Source: Octopus bimaculoides
Taxonomy: Eukaryota
Assembly (NCBI RefSeq): GCF_001194135.2
Contig: NC_068997.1
Coordinates: forward strand, 30,859,832 to 30,897,072
Length of the DNA: 37,241 nucleotides
Reading direction: 5' to 3'
Made by a program: the position numbers and the translations under genes. Shown here in pieces: positions 11,138-21,479 of this stretch (positions within the stretch are counted from its first letter, which is position 1; every line of letters starts with the position of its first letter). The notes beneath the pieces are model-generated. The model worked only from the letters and a program-made list of their open reading frames with translations, searched no databases and had not been told where the DNA came from.

Positions 11138-13352
11138 GGTGTCACAATAAAAACACTGTTAATTGCGCAACCTGATAATCGCTACCTCATATGAGTGACA
11201 ATGAAAAAACAAAATATTGTGAATAATGGTGGTAGTGAAAACGAAGCCAATGATAAGTGACACTGTTCCACCCGGCAGGCTCAGAGACTCTGGTCCGGCT
11301 CCAGCCTGTCGATATCTAGAAAGGGACCACCACACACACGGCGTGGATGGAGCAAGCAAACTAATACTGTGGTCATGGAGTGTTACTGCCTGAGCAGCCC
11401 GGTAGATGAAAATGGTGCTCAAATTAGGGGATACTCAAATTAGGGGTTACAACGTATGTATGATCATTGGAGAGAAAAGGGATTGTTTCCACTCACGAAA
11501 CAGAAACTATGTGATCAAACTAGAGTAATAAGAAAAAATCGTTGGTTCATAGAAGTAGAGCTCGAAGCTATCAAAAGACGGGTATTGGAAAATAGCAGCA
11601 GAGGTAACGTGTACTAAGAAGAGTAATCTCATAGCACAGGAAAGGATCAGTGGTAGTCTACTTGATAAGAAACATGTAGATGATCTACAAGAAGACAAGA
11701 AATTTAATGTTGACATGACAGATGAACAAAAGGCAATCTACGACAGAATAAAGGCAAGATTACAGGAGAACGACGATAGTGACGTTATTTGCAACTTTAA
11801 AAAGGTTGATTGCTGGAAATTGAACCAAGAAACGAAACATGTCAATTAAATTTTGAAATACATCAGAACAAACGTCACAGAAACAATAACTTGATCAAGG
11901 CAGCAAGTATTGTTGTGGTGTATACCTTCAGTGCTGATATCTAAATGGAGTTCGGACTGAGAAAGTGTGGTGTGTTAGTCTTGAAGAGAGGCAAAATTAA
12001 ATGTACAGACAGACTAACGATACCGTCAGGGGAGGTTATGAAACAGATAGAAGAGACGGGCTATAAGTAATTGAGTATGTTGGAAATGGATAAATTGATG
12101 GAGAAAGAAATGACAGAAAAAATTAAGGTGGAGTACTTGTGCAAACTGAGACTGATCTTTAAGTCGAAATTAAACGGACGGAACAAGATTGAAGCTATCA
12201 ACACCTGGGCGGTTTCACTCCTTAGATATGGAGTAGGGGTAATCGCAGGGGCAGTAGACGAATTAAACAGCTTAGACAAAGACAGGGAAGTGTCTAACTA
12301 GATATGGGACACTCTACCCAAAGAGTGACACAAATAAACTGTACGTACCATGAAAAAGAGGGGGAACAGGACTTATTGGATGCGAACAAAGCATTAGGGC
12401 AGAAGAAAACAAAATAGCATGTTATGTAAAAAATTCCACACAACCCCTATTATTAGAAGTAAGAAGGTCAGGGTTGTGAATTATGAAAGATTGCAAAAAT
12501 AAAGCACTATGCGAGAAATTGAAAACGAATGAAACTGAAAATAGGTGGGTAAAGAAAAGAATGTATGATCAATTTCATAGAGAAGTTGAAGATAAGACAG
12601 ACAGAGAAAAAAGATGGCTGTGGATGACTAAAAGTGATTTAAAACCGAGAACGGAGCCTCTAATCTGCGCTCTCCAAGATCAAACACTAAGAACAAACTA
12701 CATAAAATACAGAATAGACAACACATCAGAAAACGATAAGTGCAGAATCTGTGGACAAAAAGGTGAAAACGTATGGCATATTACCAGTCAATGTAAGCCA
12801 CTAGCCCAGAAAGAATATAAGAGACGCCACGACAATATAGCCAGGCTATATTGGACACTTTGCAACAAGCATGGACTTGACAAAGTAAAGAACTGGTACG
12901 ACCACAAACCCGAATGCACCAGTGAAAATAAAAATTCAAAGATCCTATGGGATTTTATGATTCAGTGCGGCCATGAGATAGAGAATGGGAAGCCAGACAT
13001 AGTCTTAATTGAGAAAGAAAACAAACTATACTGGCAACAAAGTATACGTTAAGGAAGAAAGAAAAGTCGAGAGATATGATAGGTTAGCTTGGTAAGTTAA
13101 ACTGTTGTGGCCGATGAAAAAGGTAGCAATAGTACCAATAATTATCGGTGCCCTTCGAATAGTGAGCAAAAATCTCGAGAAGTGCGTGGAATAAATGGGG
13201 GCTGCAATAAGGGTGGAGCACTTGCAGAAAACAGCACTGCTTGGAACCACTCAAATACTCCGGAAGGTGCTCGAAAAATAAGAGGTGCTACCTTAGTTCA
13301 CTGGTAGTGAACAGCTGACACCGTAGTACATTTCCAGCATTAGAAGCAATGG
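11138..13352 (+). mobile_element. R4/Dong-clade non-LTR retrotransposon, internally deleted, in an (AAT)n microsatellite
   Basis: N-terminal MECY...LCDQTRVIRKNRW, an RT tail (MEFGLRKC...GYK), KSKLNGRNKIEAINTWAV, then CCHC and RLE domains. Most of the RT core is missing near 11910. (AAT)n or (AAC)n lies on both flanks. Confidence 0.88.
12483..13052 (+). pseudogene. Zinc knuckle plus restriction-like endonuclease fragment of the R4/Dong element
   Basis: ORF track: CRICGQKGENVWHITSQC, RRHD, KILWDF, KPDIVLIEK. A frameshift follows. Confidence 0.9.
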
Positions 13353-13491
13353 TAATAATAATAACAACAACAACAACAACAACAATAACAATAATAATAA
13401 TTATTATTATTATTATAGACGAAAATACAAAATTTCCACTTTTATGATTTTTATGAAAGGAGATAATTTCTACAACTTACGTTGAGGGAAA

Positions 13492-14660
13492 TTATGTAAG
13501 AACGTCTGGGTAAGCAACATTCTTTGTTTTCTGGTTTGGAGCATAGAAAAATATGTCTTGCAAACTACCTACTCTGGAGCAACCAACATAAGTTTGACCA
13601 TGAGAAAAGTAATCCAGTAGATTTCAAAGACTGGCCTTGAGCTTTATTAATAGACATTGCAATGCAAAGTCGCACTGGGAATTGTGTTCGTTTGAACTTA
13701 AATGGGATGTCTGTTGGCTTGATTGGAATTCTTGGAATGAATACGTCTTACCCAGAGGCACATTCAGTAATGATGGTAGCTTCTGTCATACTAGGTGATA
13801 ATGTCTTTACAGTCAACCTTATCCCATTGCATAATTTAAGAGGATCTCAATTTCTTAGAAGCATTATTGAGACTCTTACATTCAGAAAAGTTTTGTGGGG
13901 GAATTCCAGGAAGCTCAAGAGAATTAAAGAACTCTGTTGGGTAATGGACAGCTCGATTTTCATCAAGGACTGAATCAACTGTTTTGAACTTATTAATGAC
14001 TGTTGGAATCTTATTCATTAATTCATGATTAATCCTAGCTACTGTCTCATGTTTTTGGAGCAAGAATTGCTTTTCACACAACCATTTATGTGAATTATAA
14101 TTATTACTTAAGTCTGGAAACACCCTGTTCTTCAATTCAGCTGGGAAATTCACCATGATAGCAATATGAGCCAAACTGATATCACCTTTCCCATCAATTG
14201 GTACTTTCCCATTTCCTAATTGGAGGATCCAGGTTGAAAACTGTTTTGCACATTGGTCCTCATGTAATGAAGCTCGCATGCTAGTATTGAAGGAGAATTT
14301 CAGTACTTTATTCCATAGGTGCGAAGACTTAAAGCATGCTTTTATTTCATCAGTTCTTGTTCATCTGATGTCCTCTAAGGTCTTACTAAGAGCTTCCATT
14401 GAAACTCTATGTGACATGGTGCATTCATCCCAAATGATAAGGTGGCATTGGCACAACACTTCTGGTGAACCTGAATCTTTGTTGTTCGTCCTCCTGGGAG
14501 AATAGTGGTAGAAAAAACAGACAATAGTACAGCAACAACCGCAATTCTTTTTTGTTGTCTTACCTTGGAGAGAAGCAATGTTACAAATGTTTTACCTCTG
14601 TCACCAGGAGCAGCAAGAAAGCAAATTCTTCTGCATTTTCTGACGATTGTGGGACACCGC
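13492..14660 (-). pseudogene. Helitron PIF1-like helicase pseudogene
   Basis: Decayed Walker A (LAAPGDRGKTF), IIWDECTM, YPTEFFNSLELPGIPP, FKRTQFPVRLCIAMSINKAQGQS and terminal KTKNVAYPDVL*. Multiple frameshifts. No Rep (HUH) motifs seen upstream. Confidence 0.92.
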
Positions 14661-14726
14661 ACGCACGCGAGCAGAAACACACACAGATACATATACAAAC
14701 AGTATCAAATATCAGATGAAATGGAC

Positions 14727-14767
<41 letters not shown>

Positions 14768-15393
14768 NNNNNNNNNNGAGAGAGAGAGAGAGCGAGTGAA
14801 GGAGTGTGTCGTCATGTATATGTACATACATAAATAAATAGACATACATCTTTCTTATATGAATGTGTGCGCGTGTGTGTGCGAGAGAGAGAGCTACTTA
14901 AATATCACTCTCTTTCTCTCTCTCTCACACACACATATATACAAAAAATATGTATGTATACGTATTTATATATGTACGTATACATGACAACAGACCCCTT
15001 TACCCCCTACACACACACACTCATACATAAATGCATACAAACGTAATACAAGTAAATTAACGAAGTGTGCGAGTTCCAGCAAAATAATGCCCATATGTAT
15101 TGAATGCTCCATGTTGAATTGCAAAATTTTAACGTGATATTTGTGTAATAAAGAAATCAAACCTGAAGTATGTGTGTGTGTGAGAGAGAGAGAAGGGGGA
15201 GAAAGAGAGAGAAAATATTGCAAACAATGAATGAGATAAACGTGGAATGAAAAAATCGTATAAATAAAAGCACGTTAAAAGCTCTCTTGTACCGAATATT
15301 TAAATTTGTGAACTTAGTAAATATTACAGTTCTATATTTAAGAGATGAGGAATTATTTACATTATTTACATTTGACGGATATTCGTCCTCATC

Positions 15394-16134
15394 TTGTTTG
15401 GATTCAGGACATCCGTATATCGCAAGCCAACCTTCACTGGACGATACCTTAACTTCAATTCCCACCATCCATACAGTGTAAAGAGAGGAATTACTCAGTG
15501 CGTAAAACACCGAGAAAAGAATATAAGTAGCGATCGTGATACCCACCACGAGGAAATGATCAAGCTCAGTAACAATCTATTAAGAAACAACTACCCCAAG
15601 AACATACTATCTACTCCAATTATGAAGAAAAGAGAGGATGAAACCAATAAACTGTCTACAGTCTGTCCGAAAGGCCTCTCCGAAAAGATACAAAAGATAT
15701 GCGGCCCATATGACATCAGGGCAGTATTCAAGAGCAATACAACACTTCGCAAATATCTCCTTCGGGTAAAACCACCAACAGAAGAGAATATGACCAAAAA
15801 CTGCGTGTACTCCATCCCATGCAGCTGTGGTAGGTTATACAAAGGCGAAACATGTCGCCCCCTCAAAATAAGAGTAGAAGAACATCGCAAAGCTGTGACA
15901 CGAGGAGATATCGATAAATCGGGTATAGCTGATCATGTATGGAAAAATGGAAACCACCTCCCCCTGTGGGATGAAGTTAAAATAATAGACAGGGAACAAC
16001 ACTGGAAAATACGAAAACTAAAAGAAGCAGCACATATGCTAGGACACAACAACCTCCTAAGCAGACCGAGTGCAGATATGAATAGAATATGGGAACCGGT
16101 ATTGAGGAAGGATAGAAATATAATAGATTTATAA
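15394..16134 (+). CDS. Penelope RT C-terminus (thumb) plus GIY-YIG endonuclease, 5'-truncated
   Basis: VYRKPTFTGRYLNFNSHHP, CVYSIPCSCGRLYKGET...RVEEH, IADHVW...H, RKLKEA. The frame is open for 246 codons, but the TTG start arises at the inversion junction and is not a real start. Confidence 0.9.
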   Translation: MFGFRTSVYRKPTFTGRYLNFNSHHPYSVKRGITQCVKHREKNISSDRDTHHEEMIKLSNNLLRNNYPKNILSTPIMKKREDETNKLSTVCPKGLSEKIQKICGPYDIRAVFKSNTTLRKYLLRVKPPTEENMTKNCVYSIPCSCGRLYKGETCRPLKIRVEEHRKAVTRGDIDKSGIADHVWKNGNHLPLWDEVKIIDREQHWKIRKLKEAAHMLGHNNLLSRPSADMNRIWEPVLRKDRNIIDL

Positions 16135-16163
16135 GCCTTAAAATTCACCCCATAATTGCCCAC

Positions 16164-16223
16164 GGGCATATGGCGTAGTGGTTAAGAGCGCGGGCTACTA
16201 ACCCCAAGGTTCCGAGTTCGATT
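16164..16223 (+). promoter_or_regulatory. tRNA-derived Pol III internal promoter (SINE-like head), cut right after the B box
   Basis: A box TGGCGTAGTGG (16171-16181), anticodon-arm-like GGG-CTACTAA-CCC, B box GAGTTCGATT (16214-16223). The 3' acceptor strand is absent, so this is not an intact tRNA gene. Confidence 0.8.
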
Positions 16224-16318
16224 AATGATAGTAATAATAATAATAATATAATAACAACAACAATAATAATAATAGTAACATCGATAGGAATGAGAACCCA
16301 GGTTCGAAATTTCCCCAA

Positions 16319-16362
16319 GACACCTGACGAAGGCTGGAGGGTATATCAGCTGAAACGTTGTG
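16319..16362 (+). ncRNA. Minimal type I hammerhead ribozyme motif, copy 1 (runs into N gap)
   Basis: gacac-CTGACGA-a-ggctg(gagggtatat)cagct-GAAAC-GTT-gtg. Confidence 0.7.
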
Positions 16363-16373
16363 NNNNNNNNNNA

Positions 16374-16419
16374 GACACCTGACGAAGGCTGGAGGGTATA
16401 TCAGCCGAAACGTTGTGTT
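16374..16419 (+). ncRNA. Minimal type I hammerhead ribozyme motif, copy 2
   Basis: Helix I gacac/gtgtt, core CUGACGA (16379-16385), helix II ggctg/cagcc, GAAA (16407-16410), palindromic ACGU helix III, predicted GUU cleavage after 16414. It lies in the terminal repeat of a Penelope element, where such motifs are known to occur. Confidence 0.85.
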
Positions 16420-18162
16420 AACAACAAACAAGATGAGGACGAATATCCGTCAAATGTAAATAATGTAAATAATGTTAGTAAATATTTCTTTCAGTAATTT
16501 ATCATAGCTGTTTACAAATAGCAATTCAAAACTTGAAATGAAAACATTAAAATTAGAGGACAAACTTTGCCGTTTTTACGTCCATACCGGAAGTTAACAT
16601 TGAGAAACCTTTTTTAAAGAAGTGAATCTAATCTAATCTAATATCTATCTAATAATATATAAAATAGAGAAGTGTGTGTATTCACTTTTCACGCTAAAAC
16701 CACTTCACCAATTGCTTCCATACTTGTGATGCATAAATAATTCCACCTCGGACAAATTATAGGCTTTTCATTTGATTTTTTAATTAAAAATAAAATATAT
16801 TGCTTGATTTTATATATTATTAGATTCACTTCTTTAAAAAAGGTTTCTCAATGTCAACTTCCGGTATGGACGTAAAAACGGCAAAGTCTGTCCTTCTCTA
16901 ATTTTAATGTTTTCATTTCAAGTTTTAAATCGCTATTTGTAAACTACGATAAATTACTGAAAGAAATATTGACGAAGTTCACAAATTTAAATATTCGGTA
17001 CAAGATAGCTTTTAACGTGCTTTTATTTATACGATTTTTTCATTCCACGTTTATCTCATTCATTGTTTGCAATATTTTCTCTCTCTTTCTCCCTTTATAG
17101 ATAAAACACTATAGCTTCTTAAAACTAGGAAATGCTGTTTATAAGTTTCAATATCTTAACTATAGTAGTCTCCACTTGCCGGCGCAACTCAAAAATTTCA
17201 TACATTTCTATATGTTAGGTATGCTGGTTCCTCCCAAAGAAATCTAGTCCTTTACATAAATCGCTCCTGCGCTGTAATTTTAGCTCGCTTACCTGTGTCC
17301 TTGCACTTCGATTCCCTCTACCCCATCTCTCTCTATCTCTATCTCTCATTCTCTTTTCCCCCTCTTCCAACGATATCAGTGCTACTGATATCATTCATAG
17401 GTTGACACGGTCATTTAACAGCCTATCCAAAAAAATGTGTAAGCCATATCTCTACTTATAGTTGGGAAAATTTAGTGATGTTTAGAGGTACTTTAAGTAC
17501 AATGTGATTTGCCACAGATAAATTCCTTCATCGTAAATATGATAGTGTGTTTATAGATAGAATAGTATAGCTTCTTAAACGTGTGAAATTTGTTTAAACG
17601 TTGATATCTTAGCTATGATAATCCCAAATTGCTAACACTACTTGCCGACGTTAAACTCAAAAAATTTCATAAATTTCCTTATCTTAGCTATGCTACTTAA
17701 TTCACCCCCACGCTTGGATGTTAGCGTGATTACCTGCCTCCTTCTTCTTCATCTCCGTTCCCCCTTCTCTCTCTCCTTCCTCTTCCAATGGTTTCTTAGT
17801 ACTACTGAAATCATTCACACGATGACATGGTAATTTGGCAGCTCCACCCAAAAATGTGTAAGCCTTTTCTAGTACTCTCTATGTTTAATAAAACTGTGAG
17901 ATATTTATAGATATTTTAAGTACAATGAGATTTATCATAGATAAATTCCTAGATCGTAAATACTTTGAGGTTTTTATAGCTAGAATACTATAGCCTCTTA
18001 ATATTGTGAAATGTTGTTTATAAACTTCGATATCTTAGATATGATAGTCCCAACTTGCCGACGCTACTCCCAAAATTTTTATAAATTTCCATATCTTCAG
18101 CTATGCTAGTTCATCTCAGTAAAATCTTGAGTTGTTTACATAAATTCGGTCCTGCGTTATGA

Positions 18163-19003
18163 GGATCTTTTTGGTTTAACGGGCAACATTTTTCATTAAT
18201 GTTTTATGTAGTATTTTTGGTACCGAAACACTTTCAAACTTCGTATACTTGTATATTTTGTATTATAGAACAGATAAAAAAATTTGTATTCGAAGTTATT
18301 TCATGTAAAATGTTGTCGTATTTCGGTAATTTCAACCAATCACTGACGTCTATTGAGGTGAAAACAATTAATGCCGTAGAATGTAAACAACGGTGTCATG
18401 GGATCTTTTCCCTTGAATAAAATTAGTGCTGTTGTGTGTCAACAACAACTACCCGTGTTACTCTTAATTATGAGATCGTTCGTGTGTTTGTACTAGTTTT
18501 AGGGTTAGGGTTCGGGTTTTAGAGTTAGGGTTACTTTTAGGATTACGGTTAGAGTTATGATTATTTTTGCCATAACCTCACTCATAACCGTAACCCTAAC
18601 CCCAAAACTCATAACCATAACCCTAACCATAACCCTAACCCTAACCATAACCATAACCCTAACCATAACCCTAACCCTAACCCCCTAACCCTAACTCTAA
18701 TCCTAAAACCTTAAATCCTTGCTAGGGAATAATGATATAATTAAACAGGGAGAACACTCTTGACACCGGTAAAAATTATTGTTTATAAACAGAGCACTAA
18801 CTGTATTCAGCTGAATAGACGTCAGTGATTGGTTGAAATTACAGAAATACGACAACTTTAACATGAAATAACTTATTAAGAACTAATTTTTGTTAAGAAG
18901 GCTAAGAGAAAAAGATGTTTTATATGACACATTCTACCAGTATCCCAAGTTTGAAAGTGTTTCTTTAAGAAAACAAGTGTTGCCCGTCAAACCAAAAAGA
19001 TCC
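18163..19003. mobile_element. GGATC family copy 2 with telomere-like core
   Basis: Ends GGATCTTTTT...AAAAAGATCC. Exact 8-bp TSD CGTTATGA (18155-18162, 19004-19011). Shares the subterminal block with copy 1. Confidence 0.92.
18499..18712. repeat. Telomere-like tracts in inverted arrangement: TTAGGG-like (18499-~18560) then TAACCC-like (18571-18712)
   Basis: Direct reading, with TAACCA, TAACCG and TAACTC variants. Confidence 0.9.
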
Positions 19004-19139
19004 CGTTATGATTTTAGCGCACTTACCTGCCTCCTTGCAATTCTTGTCCCTTCCCTCTCTCTCTCTCTCTCTTTCTTTCTTCTTTTCCTCCTTTTCCAAT
19101 GGGCTTTCAGTGCGGCCGAAATTATTCATACCATTTTGC

Positions 19140-20975
19140 ATTTTTCTTTAACAGATCATTTTATGGGTCCCTTAAACTGTGCATATTGGGAATATAAATT
19201 TGGTAGTAATTTACTTATCCCCAAAATGCTTGTAGCATAATTACATTATTCGGCGTGGGCATATTTTTTTTTTATCACAGTTGCTCTGGATGGGTTTGGT
19301 TTCTGTCCGTTTTTATCTATTATCTGGCCTAAGTACTTAATTTTTTCTGAAAGAACTGGAATTTTTCTTCTCTTAGCTAAAAACTGTATTCTCTTAGCTT
19401 TTCGAATACTCTATTTACGTGTTCTACATGTTGTTTTTATGATGCGCTTTTTATTAGGATATCTTTAGCGATAGTAAAATCACTGTCCGCCAGAATTGTA
19501 TCCATTACATGTTGAAATATGGAAGGAACTACTTTTACACCGAATGAAAGCCGCTTAAATATGCCACGGTGTGTATTAATGGCTAATAAGTGTGATTCTT
19601 TATCTTCTACTTGGATTTGTATGCATGACTCCGAGATGTTTAATTTTGAGAAGACTTTCTCTCCATTCATTTTTGCGAACGCTTCCTCAAGCCTCGGTAC
19701 GGTGTAGTTATGTGAGCGTAAGAAATCATTTAACACTATTGAAAAATCTGCACGAACACATAACTTATAATTTTTCTTTCTTATGTAGACCGTAGGTGCT
19801 GCCCAATCGGAGTGATCCGTCTTCTCGATTATTCCTAGGCTTTTAAGTTTTCAAGTTCCATATTTACCTGTTCTAGCACCACGAACGGTACATTACGTTT
19901 TGGCTTAAATAGAAGTGTTGTATTTGTTTTACTACAATTTTTGCCTTCGTTCTCGTGCATCAGTCCAGTTCATCCGAGAAAACATCTGGAATGATTGTTT
20001 TATTTTTCGTTTCAATCCCTCAGCCGTATTCAAACCTTCATCTAAACCAACTATATTCTCAAACAAAACACTTATGGGCATATTCCACAATTTGAACAGT
20101 TTCATCCACTCTGTTCCGAGCAAAATTATTAATTTTTTAAAAACTCACAGTTTTGCTCTCTTCATTTTGTCACAAAATATCACATTACACACAAATTCAC
20201 CTTCAAAATACAATTTTTTACTCGTAACACTGTGTAGATTTACTTAATTTTGGCTTACCGATATACTTCCAAGTTTCTTCATTCACAATGGTAATATCAC
20301 TTCCAGTACCTACTGCATTTTACACTGATATTTTCAATTTTCACATTTACGAATTTCTTCTTGGTCCCATTACCATTTTCTTTCGACAACATCTTGTTTA
20401 TGTTCTGCTGCCAATTTTCTTAGGATTAAACCCATTTTCATATCGTCGTCCCAATCTTTGCACCCTTTATTGAAGATTTGTCCGTATCTTCTATAGCACG
20501 CCTTGAAGGTAACTTCGTCTGGTTCATATTTAAATTCCGTTATTGAGTTTGCAACATAATCTAGCGAGAACATCTTTTCAGTATTTTTGGAATACTTGCT
20601 ATTCATTAATTGAAGCATTTGTTGCTGTAATAGTAACTGTTGTTCTTGCAGTGGTTGTTGCCGTAATAGTAATTGCTGTTGTTCTTGCAGTTGTTGTTAC
20701 TGTTTTTTGCAACTCGAGCAAACCGACCAACAAGTCTTCCATAATTTTACGATTTTGTATACCGCAAAATTCGCACAAAAATCTTTTGTGAATTTCGTAA
20801 CTCATCATGAGTTTGTTTAATCCTCGCGAGTTTGTTAATTCCTTGTCACCACTGTTGTAATCCAACGTCGCACTGTTATAACATCCACTCGGTTATAGCA
20901 GTAGAGTTAGACAGGTAAGACATGGCTATCTGACCGATTTCGCCGATCTCTTGACGTTGGACTTCCTACGTTACA
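19140..20975 (-). mobile_element. Decayed Gypsy (Mag-like) LTR retrotransposon: 5' LTR, gag, protease, RT; 3' part missing
   Basis: gag remnant DYVANSITEFKYEPDE...YRRY (ORF 20370-20618), protease-end GTEWMKLFKLWNMPI, RT FAKMNGEKVFSKLN...INTHRG...RLSFGVKVVPSIFQHVMD and KIKYLGQIIDKNG. Confidence 0.88.
20874..20975 (-). repeat. Short (102-bp) 5' LTR followed by a PBS-like sequence
   Basis: Minus strand TGTAAC...TATAACA, then GTGCGACGTTGG, resembling the TGGCGACGAG-type PBS of Mag-group elements. Confidence 0.65.
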
Positions 20976-21479
20976 ATATATGAGATGGGTGTTCCATTAT
21001 TATTTATTATCCCCATACCATAATTATAATACAAAAGGGAGGAGAGGGATGAGAAAAATGTTGAGGATGTATGGGTAGGTGTGTTTCAAGCGAGTAAGTG
21101 GAGTGAAAGATGTAGTTTGGAGGGAAGTTGATTATATGGGAAGTTTGTTCAGTGGAGAGGGAAAAGGAAAGATAATTTGTGTGGGGGTACTCAGTGTAAA
21201 CTAAGAGTGGAGAGGGACAATGTTAAGAACGAAGCATGGATATAAAATGAAGCAGTTTTTGGTAGTAAGAAAGATAACTGATATCACAAAAGAGTTGATG
21301 ATATATGTAGTTATTTTCGCTAATTAAATATAGCAGCAAAATATTGCAGTTAGGAAAGTGATGGAGAGAGCAGTGATAAGAAAATGAAGGGGTGAAAGTT
21401 TTATGAAGAAATTAAGTGAGGGAGTGGTAGAGTATATATAGACTTTATGATTCTAGAACCTTTATTTAGCTAAGATGGG

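Larger units (their letters stand above)
15326..16474 (+). mobile_element. 5'-truncated Penelope-like element with an inverted copy of its 3' tail at the left end and a 12-bp TSD
   Basis: TSD TTAGTAAATATT at 15314-15325 and 16475-16486. The segment 15352-15399 is the reverse complement of 16426-16473. Contains the GIY-YIG ORF. Confidence 0.92.
15196..17095. repeat. Large imperfect palindrome centred on a Helitron-like 5' terminus
   Basis: Left arm (15196-15325 + 16487-16665, split by the Penelope insertion) is the reverse complement of the right arm (16807-17095), with a 141-bp spacer. The inner ends read atctaataatatataaaat / attttatatattattagat. Confidence 0.88.
17095..19135 (+). repeat. 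Degenerate tandem repeat, ~3 units of ~420-460 bp; third unit interrupted by GGATC copy 2
   Basis: Units start with ttatag(a/c)ta.aa..(a/g)tatagc at 17095, 17551 and 17974. Shared blocks include cttgccg, ttacctg, aaaaatgtgtaagcc and gataaattcc. Unit 3 resumes at 19012. Confidence 0.8.

Noticed and set aside
11138-11430. HDV-like ribozyme at the 5' end of the R4/Dong element
   Set aside because: I could not assemble the nested pseudoknot by eye, and part of the region is decayed coding sequence. A covariance-model search would be needed.
13662-14837. Plus-strand ORFs over the helicase region
   Set aside because: They are antisense shadows of the minus-strand Helitron helicase.
16164-16223. 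Functional tRNA gene
   Set aside because: The sequence stops at the B box, with no 3' T-stem or acceptor strand and no oligo-T terminator. The anticodon stem is imperfect.
18499-18712. True telomere or chromosome-fusion site
   Set aside because: The tracts are short and degenerate, and are enclosed by TIRs with an exact 8-bp TSD.
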